This document shows, piece by piece, positions 9,570 to 18,833 of a stretch of DNA of 64,000 bases. Origin of the DNA: a bacterium (GTDB taxonomy: Bacteria; Zhuqueibacterota; Zhuqueibacteria; Residuimicrobiales; Krinioviventaceae); assembly GCA_963693055.1 (NCBI GenBank), contig OY843751.1, forward strand, positions 4,832,001 to 4,896,000, in the 5' to 3' direction. The notes under the pieces are model-generated. The model had not been told where the DNA came from and made no database searches. It saw only the letters and a program-made list of their open reading frames with translations. The first letter of the stretch is position 1, and each line of letters opens with the position of its first letter. The position numbers and the translations under genes were made by a program.

Positions 9570-10329
9570 CAATCAAACCCTGAACGCGGATATTTTCATC
9601 ATAATCATCACCATTCGCATCTTCAAAGGTTTCAGTAAGCAAATCCGCACGATAGCCGGCATTAATACCAAAGCCCGATGGAAAACGATACCCTATACCC
9701 AGATTAATTGCTGCCAATGCCGCACTTATATCTTCATTTTCTTCGCTTTCTGAATAATTTTCACTGGTTAATGTGTATTCTGGCGTCAAAGATCCACCCA
9801 TACCCGCAAGAGAACCAAACAAGTACAGACCTTCTGAGCCCAAAGGAATAACTCCTGAAAGACCTAAACCATACAGCATACCGCTTTCATCGTACTCTAT
9901 AGAGGCTGAACTACCATAGAAATCATCATATGAATAATCCCAACCCAAATTCAGGTATTTTGCGCCAACAAAAATATTAATATATCGGTGAACCCTATAA
10001 CCGAGTGTAAAATTCATATCATTTCGGTTCATGTCTATAGATTCACCTTCGCCCAACTCTGCACCAAGCATTTCAAGGTCATCAATGGGAAAAGTTCCCC
10101 ATAACAGGGATGCGCCAAAATTAACCTTGCCATGATTAATGCTGATGTATGGACCAAAATTATTTCCATTACCAATATCAGCAATTTTTTCACCGTCTTC
10201 GTCTTCAAGACTATACGCTGCATTCCACCAGCTTCCGCCAAGAGTTACAATGGTGCTTTGTGCATAAATAGCACTCGAGAAAATAAAACATAGTACCAGA
10301 ATGAATAATGTCAGCATGTTGCGCTTCAT
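9547..10329 (-). CDS. Outer-membrane beta-barrel protein
   Basis: Signal peptide, alternating Gly/aromatic strands, C-terminal ASYSF; GGAGG before ATG 10329. Confidence 0.75.
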   Translation of the reverse strand: MKRNMLTLFILVLCFIFSSAIYAQSTIVTLGGSWWNAAYSLEDEDGEKIADIGNGNNFGPYISINHGKVNFGASLLWGTFPIDDLEMLGAELGEGESIDMNRNDMNFTLGYRVHRYINIFVGAKYLNLGWDYSYDDFYGSSASIEYDESGMLYGLGLSGVIPLGSEGLYLFGSLAGMGGSLTPEYTLTSENYSESEENEDISAALAAINLGIGYRFPSGFGINAGYRADLLTETFEDANGDDYDENIRVQGLIVTASYSF

Positions 10330-10344
10330 GATGCCCTCCATCAA

Positions 10345-11202
10345 TTAAAATACAGGTGGCAAATCCACCGGTTTGTCTTTTTTTGATTCTTCTTTACGTT
10401 TAGGACGTGGTTTTTGTTGCTCCGGTTGTTCCTGAGGTTTTTCTTTTGGTGGTGCACTTATAACTGAAGTAGTTAAACGAACATTGTCACCCAGGTGTAT
10501 CATTGTTTTAACCCTAACAATCTGGGCTTCGCTATATTCTTTTTTTACATTAACAATTTTAACAAATCCGATCTTGTCTTCAGCACGCCCAACCGCAGAG
10601 CCACTCAGGTCGGTAATAACATCACCAATGCGTATTACCTCCAGCACCTGCCCCACTTTAATACCATGAATACTGCCAAGGTCAACCAAAATATTACTTT
10701 CAGTGACTTTGATAATTTTACCTTCAACAATCACTTTTTGAGAAATAACGCTAACCAACTCTTTTATTGCAGTAGGCAGACCATCTTCCCCATTGGTGGT
10801 TTTGGTATTTTCTGCAAGCTCTAGCGCACCTGTCTCTACATCAACCAAACGTGTATTGATAATATAGGTACTCCCCAGACGGCTCACACTGCCAATCATA
10901 ATTTTTTCTACATTCAAGAGTTTACCAATTTCGGCAGCTTTATCCATATCCGTTACACCCGTCATTTGAAGCTGCTGTTCTTCAAGCACACGTGTCATTG
11001 CCTGGCGCTCAATTACCTCAAATCGGTTGGTGTTGAACAACTCTGTTCCCATAATGTCAGCAACAGCTTCTGCTGTTTCCGGGTTTACATTTTTGGCTTC
11101 AAAATCCAACACTGCTATTCGTGTTTTATTTTGGGCCATAACCGGCAAGCTGATCAAAAAAATCAGTACAGTACACAGTAAATCTCGATGTAATTTTTTC
11201 AT
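10345..11202 (-). CDS. CsgG/HfaB-like exported protein with a FlgT-C-like domain and a Pro/Glu/Lys tail
   Basis: RIAVLDF, RFEVIER, IGKLLNV..GSV, RLVDVETG; VDLGSIHGIKVGQ. Confidence 0.75.
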   Translation of the reverse strand: MKKLHRDLLCTVLIFLISLPVMAQNKTRIAVLDFEAKNVNPETAEAVADIMGTELFNTNRFEVIERQAMTRVLEEQQLQMTGVTDMDKAAEIGKLLNVEKIMIGSVSRLGSTYIINTRLVDVETGALELAENTKTTNGEDGLPTAIKELVSVISQKVIVEGKIIKVTESNILVDLGSIHGIKVGQVLEVIRIGDVITDLSGSAVGRAEDKIGFVKIVNVKKEYSEAQIVRVKTMIHLGDNVRLTTSVISAPPKEKPQEQPEQQKPRPKRKEESKKDKPVDLPPVF

Positions 11203-11385
11203 TATACTCTCTTTTATTTACAAACAGATTTCTACCTGTGTGAAATATAAACAGACAACCCAATATAAACAAGAGATAATTGAATTGTTGTGACACAGAA
11301 CAAATTATATGATCTAAAAATTTTCAATCCACTCTAATAACAGTAGCCCCCTACCATTCATTCCCTTTTGGGCGCTAAATTACTA

Positions 11386-11976
11386 TTAATAATTCTCGTT
11401 TTCAACAAACTCTGCCAGCCTGTCTCGCAAAGCAAGACGCGCCCGATGCAAATTTGACTTGACGGCAGCAAGGCTCATTTCTGTCATTTCGGATATTTCT
11501 TTCAAGGAAAAGCCCTCAATATCTTTGAGGACAAACACACTGCGGAACTTGGGGGGGAGGTCTTCTATCGCCGCTTCCATCTCTTTTTTCAATTCATTAT
11601 TCATCACCGAACGTAAAGGATTTACTCCCAACGATTTGTTAAACACTTCAAGTGTTTCAGGTTTAATATGACTTTCGGAATCATCCAGATTATCCATCTG
11701 CTTTTTCTTTCCCCGCAGGCGCATCAGTGCAAAGTTTGTGGCTATCCGGTATATCCAGGTAGAAAGAGAGGATTGCCCTTTAAAATCAGGTATAGCTTGA
11801 AATACTTTTAAAAATGTTTCCTGTAGCACACATTCGGCTTCCTGCTCATTAGCGAGCAGCTTGAGTGCACTATTAAACACCAAGCCTTCATTCTCGGCTA
11901 CAATTTGCGAAAGAGCCTGCCGGTCTCCCTGCTTGGCTTTTTCTACAAGTATATTTTCTGATTCATAATTGGACAT
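11386..11976 (-). CDS. ECF RNA polymerase sigma factor
   Basis: LQETFLKV, FKGQSSLSTWIYRIATN (region 2); LPPKFR..EGFSLKEIS..VKSNLHRAR (region 4). Confidence 0.93.
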   Translation of the reverse strand: MSNYESENILVEKAKQGDRQALSQIVAENEGLVFNSALKLLANEQEAECVLQETFLKVFQAIPDFKGQSSLSTWIYRIATNFALMRLRGKKKQMDNLDDSESHIKPETLEVFNKSLGVNPLRSVMNNELKKEMEAAIEDLPPKFRSVFVLKDIEGFSLKEISEMTEMSLAAVKSNLHRARLALRDRLAEFVENENY

Positions 11977-12009
11977 CTTGACCTGTAATTTGATTAACTC
12001 AAGATGTCC

Positions 12010-12038
12010 AAATTAGGTAAATTTTTTCTTTAATTCAA
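12010..12038 (-). promoter_or_regulatory. Possible sigma-70 promoter of the ECF sigma gene
   Basis: Minus strand TTGAAT-N17-TAATTT. Confidence 0.45.
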
Positions 12039-12080
12039 GTATTTTTCAAAACTCATGTGGATATCAGCAGTTTTTTAGCC

Positions 12081-12506
12081 TCAATTATTCTCGCTTGGGA
12101 AAATTTCATATTCAACATCAATATCAACCGCTTTTTTCAACATCGCAGAAGCCGAACAATATGTACCCTCTGACAATTCTATAGCCCGTTTTACATCCGC
12201 TTCTTTGATATCGTTGCCCCAAAATTTAAAAGTCAATTTCACACTGGTAAACACCTTGGGATGTTCATCCGCGCGTTCAGCTTCAATATGGCATTCGTAT
12301 TTCTCTACATTATTTCGCTTTTTCTTTAAAATAGAGATAACATCCATTGACGTACAACCACCCAAACCCATTAAAAACAACTCAATAGGCTTTGTGCCGG
12401 CGTCAGAACCGCCCATCATTTTAGGGCCATCCATCATCACCCAATGCCCTGAATCGGCTTTACCCGTCAGTGTTAACCCTTCAACCTGTTTGATTTCTAT
12501 CTTCAT
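12081..12506 (-). CDS. OsmC/YhfA family protein
   Basis: PIELFLMGLGGCTSMDV and YCSASAML two-Cys signature. Confidence 0.9.
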   Translation of the reverse strand: MKIEIKQVEGLTLTGKADSGHWVMMDGPKMMGGSDAGTKPIELFLMGLGGCTSMDVISILKKKRNNVEKYECHIEAERADEHPKVFTSVKLTFKFWGNDIKEADVKRAIELSEGTYCSASAMLKKAVDIDVEYEIFPSENN

Positions 12507-12527
12507 TATCAATTTCCATTATTTTTT

Positions 12528-13082
12528 TTACTTGCTCAACAAAGCCTTAATGTCAGTTTCAAATACACTCTTGTCGTTATAACCGATATATTTTTTAACA
12601 ACCTGACCTTTTTGATCAATTACATATGTTGTAGGTATGCTTCGAATTGGTCCCAAAACACTCATTATCTGGTCATTGGCCATTGCATTCTTGTAAGGAA
12701 TCTTGTATTCATCAATGAATTGCTGTACTGCTGCAGTGCCATTTCGTCCAAAAGCAACACCCAATATCTCCAAACCTTTACCATTATACTCGTTGTACAA
12801 TTCAATAAAATGAGGGATTTCTTTTCTACAAGGCGGACACCAGGTATCCCAAAAATCTACAATCAACACTTTGCCTTTAAAATCTGTCAACTGATAGGAT
12901 TCACCGGAAAGTGATGAAACGGTAAAATTACTAACGCCTGTTTTACTGCTTGTTTGTGCTGTATTCGTTGTGTTTGCTTTTGCCTGATCGGGATGGCTTT
13001 CATTCTTACTGCAAGATGAAAGACCAACCAAAAGCACAGCTGCCAACATAACTACCAGTATATTTCTCACTGTTTTTTTCAT
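12528..13082 (-). CDS. TlpA/ResA-family thiol-disulfide oxidoreductase lipoprotein
   Basis: Lipobox LSSC, FWDTWCPPC, SIPTT cis-Pro loop. Confidence 0.92.
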   Translation of the reverse strand: MKKTVRNILVVMLAAVLLVGLSSCSKNESHPDQAKANTTNTAQTSSKTGVSNFTVSSLSGESYQLTDFKGKVLIVDFWDTWCPPCRKEIPHFIELYNEYNGKGLEILGVAFGRNGTAAVQQFIDEYKIPYKNAMANDQIMSVLGPIRSIPTTYVIDQKGQVVKKYIGYNDKSVFETDIKALLSK

Positions 13083-13086
13083 TTTC

Positions 13087-13314
13087 CTAATTCTCCAGTT
13101 TTTTGTTCATACCTGATTTATCAAAGGTCTGCAATATTATTTCATCTACATAATTCCTCAAACGATTTATAGTCTCGTTATCTCTGCATTCTACACCCAA
13201 TTCCATACACATACGATCTTTGAGCATCTCTGCAATGTTGCGATTTCTACAAGATTGAATTCGTTCCTGTATATTGCCGCAATACTTTTCTATTTCAATA
13301 TTTTTAAATTCCAT
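13087..13314 (-). CDS. Small hypothetical protein with four Cys
   Basis: GGAGG RBS; ends 4 nt before the tlpA start; no family recognised. Confidence 0.7.
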   Translation of the reverse strand: MEFKNIEIEKYCGNIQERIQSCRNRNIAEMLKDRMCMELGVECRDNETINRLRNYVDEIILQTFDKSGMNKKLEN

Positions 13315-13338
13315 ATTTTTTACCTCCTCTACATTTCA

Positions 13339-13368
13339 TTAGATGAGGCAAAAAAATAAAAGATTCAA
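13339..13368 (-). promoter_or_regulatory. Putative ECF-type promoter of the small ORF-tlpA-osmC operon
   Basis: Minus strand TTGAATCT-N17-TCTAA, resembling RpoE/AlgU GAACTT..TCTnA. Confidence 0.45.
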
Positions 13369-13461
13369 CAATGGATAGTTTATAATAACACTTTTCATGA
13401 AAAATCATAGCTTTTGTTTAAAAAAATCTGTAATTTAGCACAAACATGTAAAATTTATTAA

Positions 13462-14667
13462 ATGAAAGTTAATCCTATGGTGAAAAATTTTAATATAGCC
13501 ATGATTATTGCCGGCATATTTCTTTCAAGCATCCCGGCTTTTTCTCAAAACGAACTGATCAAAGATCAGAAAACCCATAAAGCATTGTTAAACTATCTTG
13601 AATCTATATGCCAATGGGCAATAGATTCTGACTTGAAAAGCGGTGAATTAAAAATCACAGCAAAGAGAAGAACTTCTGTATTTATTAACAGCAACCTTGC
13701 ACGCATTCTGGTAGCCGGATACGATCTGACCGGAAAACAGGAATATCTTGACGAAGCCATTCGCTGGTTTGACCTCCTTGTGGAATTACAACAACCTGCA
13801 ACAACCGCAGATGGTAAAAAAGCCGGTTGGTGGGGCGATTTTTCACCAGACGGAAATATATATTTTGGTGATGCAGGTACAAGCGCTACCGCATTGGCAG
13901 GCGTTATACGTTATGTAGAGGGTGAAAGACGTAATAAATACATGAATGCTCTTGAGCTTTATGCCAACTTTGTGCGGTTTGGTACGGATAAAGATCCGCA
14001 AGACAAGGGCCGCAACGGTTCAAACGGTTGGATCATTCAGGATGGTGAAGACAAGGGTGCCGTTGGATGTGGATATTATCGTAACGAACTTTCCGAATAC
14101 CCTTATACCATATCTACAAGTGTTACAGGCGCAGCCTTTTTCTCCTGTATGTACGAACTAACAGGCAATAGCGAATATCAGGAAATTGCAGAGAACGCGG
14201 TAAAATGGCTCTTAAAAAAGCGTACTCCCTTTGGTGAATTCCTTTACATTCTACACCAAAAACAACTCGACGAGTGGCCGCTTGATACAATGAGTTATGT
14301 AGCAGACGGTGTGGTTGGCGCTTATATGCGATCAAACAATCAGGAATTCAAAACCATGGTTGAAAAACAAATCGCCCGTAGCGTTCAATGGTTACTGGTT
14401 GGCCAAAACAAAGATGGCGTTTGGGGCGAACTGCGCAGCGAAGATCAGCAACGGAGTCAGGGCGTTCTGAATCTTATAGTCTGGTATTATCATGACGTAA
14501 CCAAATATAAAGAAGTAAAAAATATGGTCCAGGCAAATTGCAACTTTTTTCTCGATTCTGATAACTCGAAGGCTTTTGGAGTTAAAGAATTACCTATTAC
14601 CACAGGCTTTGTAGGGTTGGGAATTGCAGAAGTGCTTGAACCTGGCATAACATATCGATTGAAATAG
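13462..14667 (+). CDS. Exported alpha/alpha-toroid protein (glycosidase-like or prenyltransferase-repeat-like)
   Basis: Signal peptide; repeated YxLTGxxEY helices; WLLVGQNKDGVWG (QxxDGxW repeat). Confidence 0.6.
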   Translation: MKVNPMVKNFNIAMIIAGIFLSSIPAFSQNELIKDQKTHKALLNYLESICQWAIDSDLKSGELKITAKRRTSVFINSNLARILVAGYDLTGKQEYLDEAIRWFDLLVELQQPATTADGKKAGWWGDFSPDGNIYFGDAGTSATALAGVIRYVEGERRNKYMNALELYANFVRFGTDKDPQDKGRNGSNGWIIQDGEDKGAVGCGYYRNELSEYPYTISTSVTGAAFFSCMYELTGNSEYQEIAENAVKWLLKKRTPFGEFLYILHQKQLDEWPLDTMSYVADGVVGAYMRSNNQEFKTMVEKQIARSVQWLLVGQNKDGVWGELRSEDQQRSQGVLNLIVWYYHDVTKYKEVKNMVQANCNFFLDSDNSKAFGVKELPITTGFVGLGIAEVLEPGITYRLK

Positions 14668-14671
14668 TAAT

Positions 14672-15637
14672 ATGTATGAACGAATTATAACACATCAGGA
14701 TTTTGATGGCGTAGTGAGCGCAGCTTTGTGCTCATACGCTCTCAATGTCAACCAGCTTGTATTTACCCAGCCTCGAACAGTCTCTGACGCGCGAATAACC
14801 ATTACGGATTTAGATGTAGTATGTGATCTACCCTATCCGCTGGATTGTGGAATGTGGTTTGATCATCACGAAGGCAACCTTGAAGATTTGCAATACCGGA
14901 AAATTGATCCGGCCAATCTTGAAGGAAAATTTGAGATCAAAGACTCGTGCGCGCGGGTAGTTTTTGATTATTTTAATGATTTCCCTGACCATTTTACAGC
15001 CATGGTGGACGAAGCTGACATTATAGATGCTTTCAACTATAAGAACATTGATGACTGGCGACAAGAAACACCCGGCAAGATGATTGATGCTGCAATTAAA
15101 CTCATGGAAAACAGTCAGGAACAAAAACGCCAGTTTCTAAGAAGTCTTGTCAACCTGCTTAAAGAACGCCCTCTGGATAGGGTTGCAGAAACTCCGGGCA
15201 TCATTAAACGCTTCAAACAATTCCAAAACGAAGAGCAGGATATGCTCGAAATACTGGAAAAAAACATCAGTTTCCTTTCCAAAGATACAGATAAAAATCT
15301 CATCATCATCGACCTCACTCCCTATACAAAAAAACCTTTTCTCTATAAACACCTGGCCTACCTACTTGAACCAAAATCTCAGGCTGTCATTCAGATCAGT
15401 AATATTTATAGAAATCGGGTAAAAACCAATGACATCTCGCTTTCAATGTCGCTCACTGTAAACATGAACCAAACCGAACATTCAAAAGACATTGGAGAGA
15501 TTATGCGATTGTTAAATATTGGAAACGGCCACCCTGGTGCGGCGTCGGGCATGCTTTATTGCGATTCAAAGCAAGAGATGCTGAAAGAAAAAGAAGCGAT
15601 ACTTGAACAAATCTATAGCATGTTTATAGAACAATAG
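14672..15637 (+). CDS. DHH-family phosphoesterase
   Basis: THQDFDG, VCDLPY, WFDHH, and C-terminal GNGH (GGGH-like). Confidence 0.85.
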   Translation: MYERIITHQDFDGVVSAALCSYALNVNQLVFTQPRTVSDARITITDLDVVCDLPYPLDCGMWFDHHEGNLEDLQYRKIDPANLEGKFEIKDSCARVVFDYFNDFPDHFTAMVDEADIIDAFNYKNIDDWRQETPGKMIDAAIKLMENSQEQKRQFLRSLVNLLKERPLDRVAETPGIIKRFKQFQNEEQDMLEILEKNISFLSKDTDKNLIIIDLTPYTKKPFLYKHLAYLLEPKSQAVIQISNIYRNRVKTNDISLSMSLTVNMNQTEHSKDIGEIMRLLNIGNGHPGAASGMLYCDSKQEMLKEKEAILEQIYSMFIEQ

Positions 15638-15641
15638 CCGG

Positions 15642-16025
15642 TTATTTTTTGTTCTTTCCGGCTTTTTTAACATGCTTTTCCATATTCTCCATCACCCTGA
15701 ATTGCACCATTCTCTTAATCAAATCATAAGGCATAGGTTCATCCAACGGAAATTTTACTGATCCCTTGGCATATTCGTAACCACTTAGCTCGGATTGGAA
15801 TTTTTCAATTCCGGAAGGTGTGGGATAAAAACCAATATGAGTTTTATAAGCAGCAAAGTGTACCAAATTGCCAAAAAAAGTAAATGTTGGTATCTGATAG
15901 CTTATAGTTTCCTGAGCATCTGGTGCAGCTTTACGAATCAACGCTCTGATTTCTAACAAAATCTCCTGAACATTTTCCGAAAAGCCATCAATATACTCAT
16001 CAATATTTACAGGTTTATCTTTCAT
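15642..16025 (-). CDS. DUF1801/YdhG-like protein
   Basis: IDEYI, ETISYQIPTF, HIGFYP, KGSVKFPLDEPMP. Confidence 0.88.
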   Translation of the reverse strand: MKDKPVNIDEYIDGFSENVQEILLEIRALIRKAAPDAQETISYQIPTFTFFGNLVHFAAYKTHIGFYPTPSGIEKFQSELSGYEYAKGSVKFPLDEPMPYDLIKRMVQFRVMENMEKHVKKAGKNKK

Positions 16026-16103
16026 AATATTCTAATTTCAATTGTTCAACAATAGAGATTAACAAACAGGAAAGATATTTTATTCACAGGATCCCCTAAA
16101 AAC

Positions 16104-16131
16104 AAAAAAGCCTGATGTTTCCATCAGGCTT
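16104..16131 (-). terminator. Rho-independent terminator after tRNA-Asn
   Basis: AAGCCTGATG-GAAA-CATCAGGCTT followed by a T-run on the minus strand. Confidence 0.85.
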
Positions 16132-16137
16132 GTCCTG

Positions 16138-16210
16138 CTCCGGTGGTAGGACTCGAACCTACAACCTAGTGGTTAACAGCCACCCGCTCTGCCGGTTGAG
16201 CTACACCGGA
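16138..16210 (-). tRNA. tRNA-Asn(GTT)
   Basis: TCCGGTG/CACCGGA acceptor stem, GGTGG-CTGTTAA-CCACT anticodon arm, GGTTCGAGTCC T-arm; CCA not encoded. Confidence 0.97.
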
Positions 16211-16221
16211 TCAAGTCTATA

Positions 16222-16250
16222 AATATAAGAAAATATTTTTTTAATGTCAA
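16222..16250 (-). promoter_or_regulatory. Sigma-70 promoter of tRNA-Asn
   Basis: Minus strand TTGACA-N17-TATATT. Confidence 0.8.
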
Positions 16251-17233
16251 GTTTTTTTGATTGATATCATATCGTTTTTAATTTTTTTTTGTTCTCCAAA
16301 ATACAAAAACCGGTCCAACAACTTTACAAATGTGCTCCAGCGGCTATCATGCTTTTTTTCTTTGGCATAAATTCGCTCAAAGGCATTCATTTTAGAATCA
16401 AGCTCATCAGCAGAATAAAGTAAAAAAGCCTCTCTGCTCATAGGCACAATAGGCGAGCCTTGTTCTAGCTTTCCCTGGTGCGAAAGCACAAGGTGCAATA
16501 ATTCATTGCGTGTGCTCTCATTCAAGTCCGTTATAGCATCCATTCGGGATGCTATCATTTGGTAACCAATGGCAATATGCCCCAATAAACGCCCCTGATC
16601 AGTATAATCTATAACAGGTCCCGGTGTCAATTCATAAACTTTGCCAATATCATGCAGCAAAGCACCCGCGAGTAATATTTCTTTATTGATATTCTTATAC
16701 AAAGTGCTTGTTTGTTCTACAATGCGTGCAACATTCAATGAATGTTCCAGCAAACCTCCTTCATAACAATGGTGCCAAAGCTTGCCACCGCTTGCCCGTA
16801 TAATCCTGGGTAAAAGTTTGTCATCTCTATAAATGCTATTCAATAACTGAACGAGCTGCGGATCTTGAAATTTATCAATATAATCATACACCTGATCCAA
16901 TAGCTGTTGCGTTGTTATTTGGGATTTTGGAATAAAATCATTCAATTTTACAGAGTCGCGCTCTGTAACCAAACGGATTTTATTTATGGATAAATGCGGC
17001 CTGTTTTTCCAGTTGATAACTTTGGCTTTAACTTTAACAAGGTCCCCCTCATTCAAAAGCTCTGTGGTCTTTTCTATATTATCCCACAAGGTACCAAAGA
17101 TTCGTCCGGAAGAATCGCCCAACTCTAGAGATAAATAGGGCTCATTTTTCTTTTCGCTGGTGCGTAATTTGATTTTACGTAATACAAAATAGCTGTCAAT
17201 ACGCTGACCTGGTAAAATATCGCTAACCACCAA
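16247..17233 (-). CDS. yhaM: YhaM/Cbf1-family 3'-5' exoribonuclease (OB fold + HD domain)
   Basis: LGDSSG..LWD OB fold; HHCYEGGLLEH, LHDIGK, HQG..GSP, ADELDSK. Confidence 0.88.
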   Translation of the reverse strand: MVVSDILPGQRIDSYFVLRKIKLRTSEKKNEPYLSLELGDSSGRIFGTLWDNIEKTTELLNEGDLVKVKAKVINWKNRPHLSINKIRLVTERDSVKLNDFIPKSQITTQQLLDQVYDYIDKFQDPQLVQLLNSIYRDDKLLPRIIRASGGKLWHHCYEGGLLEHSLNVARIVEQTSTLYKNINKEILLAGALLHDIGKVYELTPGPVIDYTDQGRLLGHIAIGYQMIASRMDAITDLNESTRNELLHLVLSHQGKLEQGSPIVPMSREAFLLYSADELDSKMNAFERIYAKEKKHDSRWSTFVKLLDRFLYFGEQKKIKNDMISIKKT

Positions 17234-17267
17234 CTCCCTCCTGTTGGATTATGGTTTAGAACATTGG

Positions 17268-17942
17268 TTATCTGCGTCTTTCACTACCTCTGCTGCCACC
17301 TGAGTTGGATTCCCGGCGGGAGCTTGTAGAGCTGCTGTTATTATTATCCGAACCAACTGACGAACTCGAGTTGTCTGAGCTGGAACTGTCTGATCCACCT
17401 CTTGAGCTACGAGCTGCAGGTGTATAACTTTGACTACCGCCGCGCTGAGAATCTCTGCGATCGTCAGACGCGCTACTGCTACTGCTGCCAGCACTCGGAA
17501 TTGCCACTTTACCACCTCCTACATTCGTAGGAATAAACACAGGGCCGGTTGTAGCAGCAGGCACATGTACCGGAGCAAGTCCGGACGCACCTGAAACACC
17601 GGATGGCACAGCAGGACCGGTAATCATTGACGGATCATCATAATCAATATACTGTGTGCGTATTGGGGGCAGATCATATGAATCTTCCCACCAGGCAGTT
17701 TGATAGAAAAATTCCCAGGCTTTTTTGCCCTTAACTCCATCTGGCAAAATGGTTGTAGTACCGCTAAATGCTTCCTGATGGCACTCGATACACCCGTTTT
17801 GCAAATGAACGTCACCCAACTCGAGCGGTTCACCATCGGAACCGTTTTGGGGGTGTCTGAATTCTGTATAAGTATAGCAGCCATTCAACAGGAACAGCAT
17901 GCCGCCTAACAAAATGATAGATTTTTTACTTGATCGTACCAT
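17268..17942 (-). CDS. Lipoprotein with one CxxCH motif and a Ser/Gly/Arg-rich disordered tail
   Basis: Lipobox LNGC, CIECH at 17778-17792, tail ending GSERRR. Confidence 0.7.
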   Translation of the reverse strand: MVRSSKKSIILLGGMLFLLNGCYTYTEFRHPQNGSDGEPLELGDVHLQNGCIECHQEAFSGTTTILPDGVKGKKAWEFFYQTAWWEDSYDLPPIRTQYIDYDDPSMITGPAVPSGVSGASGLAPVHVPAATTGPVFIPTNVGGGKVAIPSAGSSSSSASDDRRDSQRGGSQSYTPAARSSRGGSDSSSSDNSSSSVGSDNNNSSSTSSRRESNSGGSRGSERRR

Positions 17943-18780
17943 AGTATACAAATTTAAGAATACGTTTCGGTTCAACATTGGTCTCATTGTCCTTTACAAG
18001 CAAGTTCTTAAAATCAAATTCAATAAACATATAATCGGTAAATGCCCATCTAACACCAGCATTAAAATACCCGGTATTGTTATTGGCACCTCTAACTTCA
18101 TCATCATTTGTCGCAAAGTCATATTCAAAGAGCAGTGCAATATCTCGGCTTATTAAAGCATCGATAGCAAGAAACAAATTGGGGTCTTTATCTCCATCAC
18201 CATCTTCCAGGCTGTAATTAATACCACCGTGCATTCCAAACTTGATCAAAGAATTATAACCTTTTGATGCCACTGCAAAAACACCACGTGACTTGTTTGC
18301 GTATCGATCAGAGATCAAAGCAGGATCGCCCTCTTCAGGAAAGGTCTGACTGGGAACGCCTTTCCAAAAAGGGCCATAGCCTTGAGAATCAAAACCCAAT
18401 ACCAATGCCGGCATTGCTAGGGTTTCTTCCATCAGACGATACATAAAATGTATGCCAGGATTGTCATTCCACTTGACAATCTGATCTCCAATAATGTTTA
18501 CACCGCCAAAAGATACACCAAACATCATTCGGTTCGAAATACCTACAGATAACCTGCCAATTGCGCCACCCTGCTCAAACAGACGAATGCTGGTTTTAAT
18601 ATCACCTCCACGTAAAATACTTGCAGTGGGCATATCAATCATTTGCACGGGTTTGGATAAATATGAATCAGGATTAATTCCCGGCAATCTCTGGTTTGAC
18701 AACAAAGAGCGGTCATCAAACTGACCAAATGCTGCTGAAGTCAGAAATGCCAGTAAAACATATATTATCCCTTTTTTCAT
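17926..18780 (-). CDS. YjbH-like outer-membrane protein
   Basis: Signal peptide, IDMPTASIL, PALVLGFDSQG, GYFNAGVRW beta strands. Confidence 0.65.
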   Translation of the reverse strand: MKKGIIYVLLAFLTSAAFGQFDDRSLLSNQRLPGINPDSYLSKPVQMIDMPTASILRGGDIKTSIRLFEQGGAIGRLSVGISNRMMFGVSFGGVNIIGDQIVKWNDNPGIHFMYRLMEETLAMPALVLGFDSQGYGPFWKGVPSQTFPEEGDPALISDRYANKSRGVFAVASKGYNSLIKFGMHGGINYSLEDGDGDKDPNLFLAIDALISRDIALLFEYDFATNDDEVRGANNNTGYFNAGVRWAFTDYMFIEFDFKNLLVKDNETNVEPKRILKFVYYGTIK

Positions 18781-18833
18781 CTTTTCGCGTTTCCTTTGTT
18801 TGATTTAGAAACAAGCTCTAACAACTGTAAATA

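Noticed and set aside
16025-16210. tRNA-Asn or tRNA-Leu as island integration sites
   Set aside because: No integrase and no duplicated tRNA 3' end seen; flanking genes look chromosomal.
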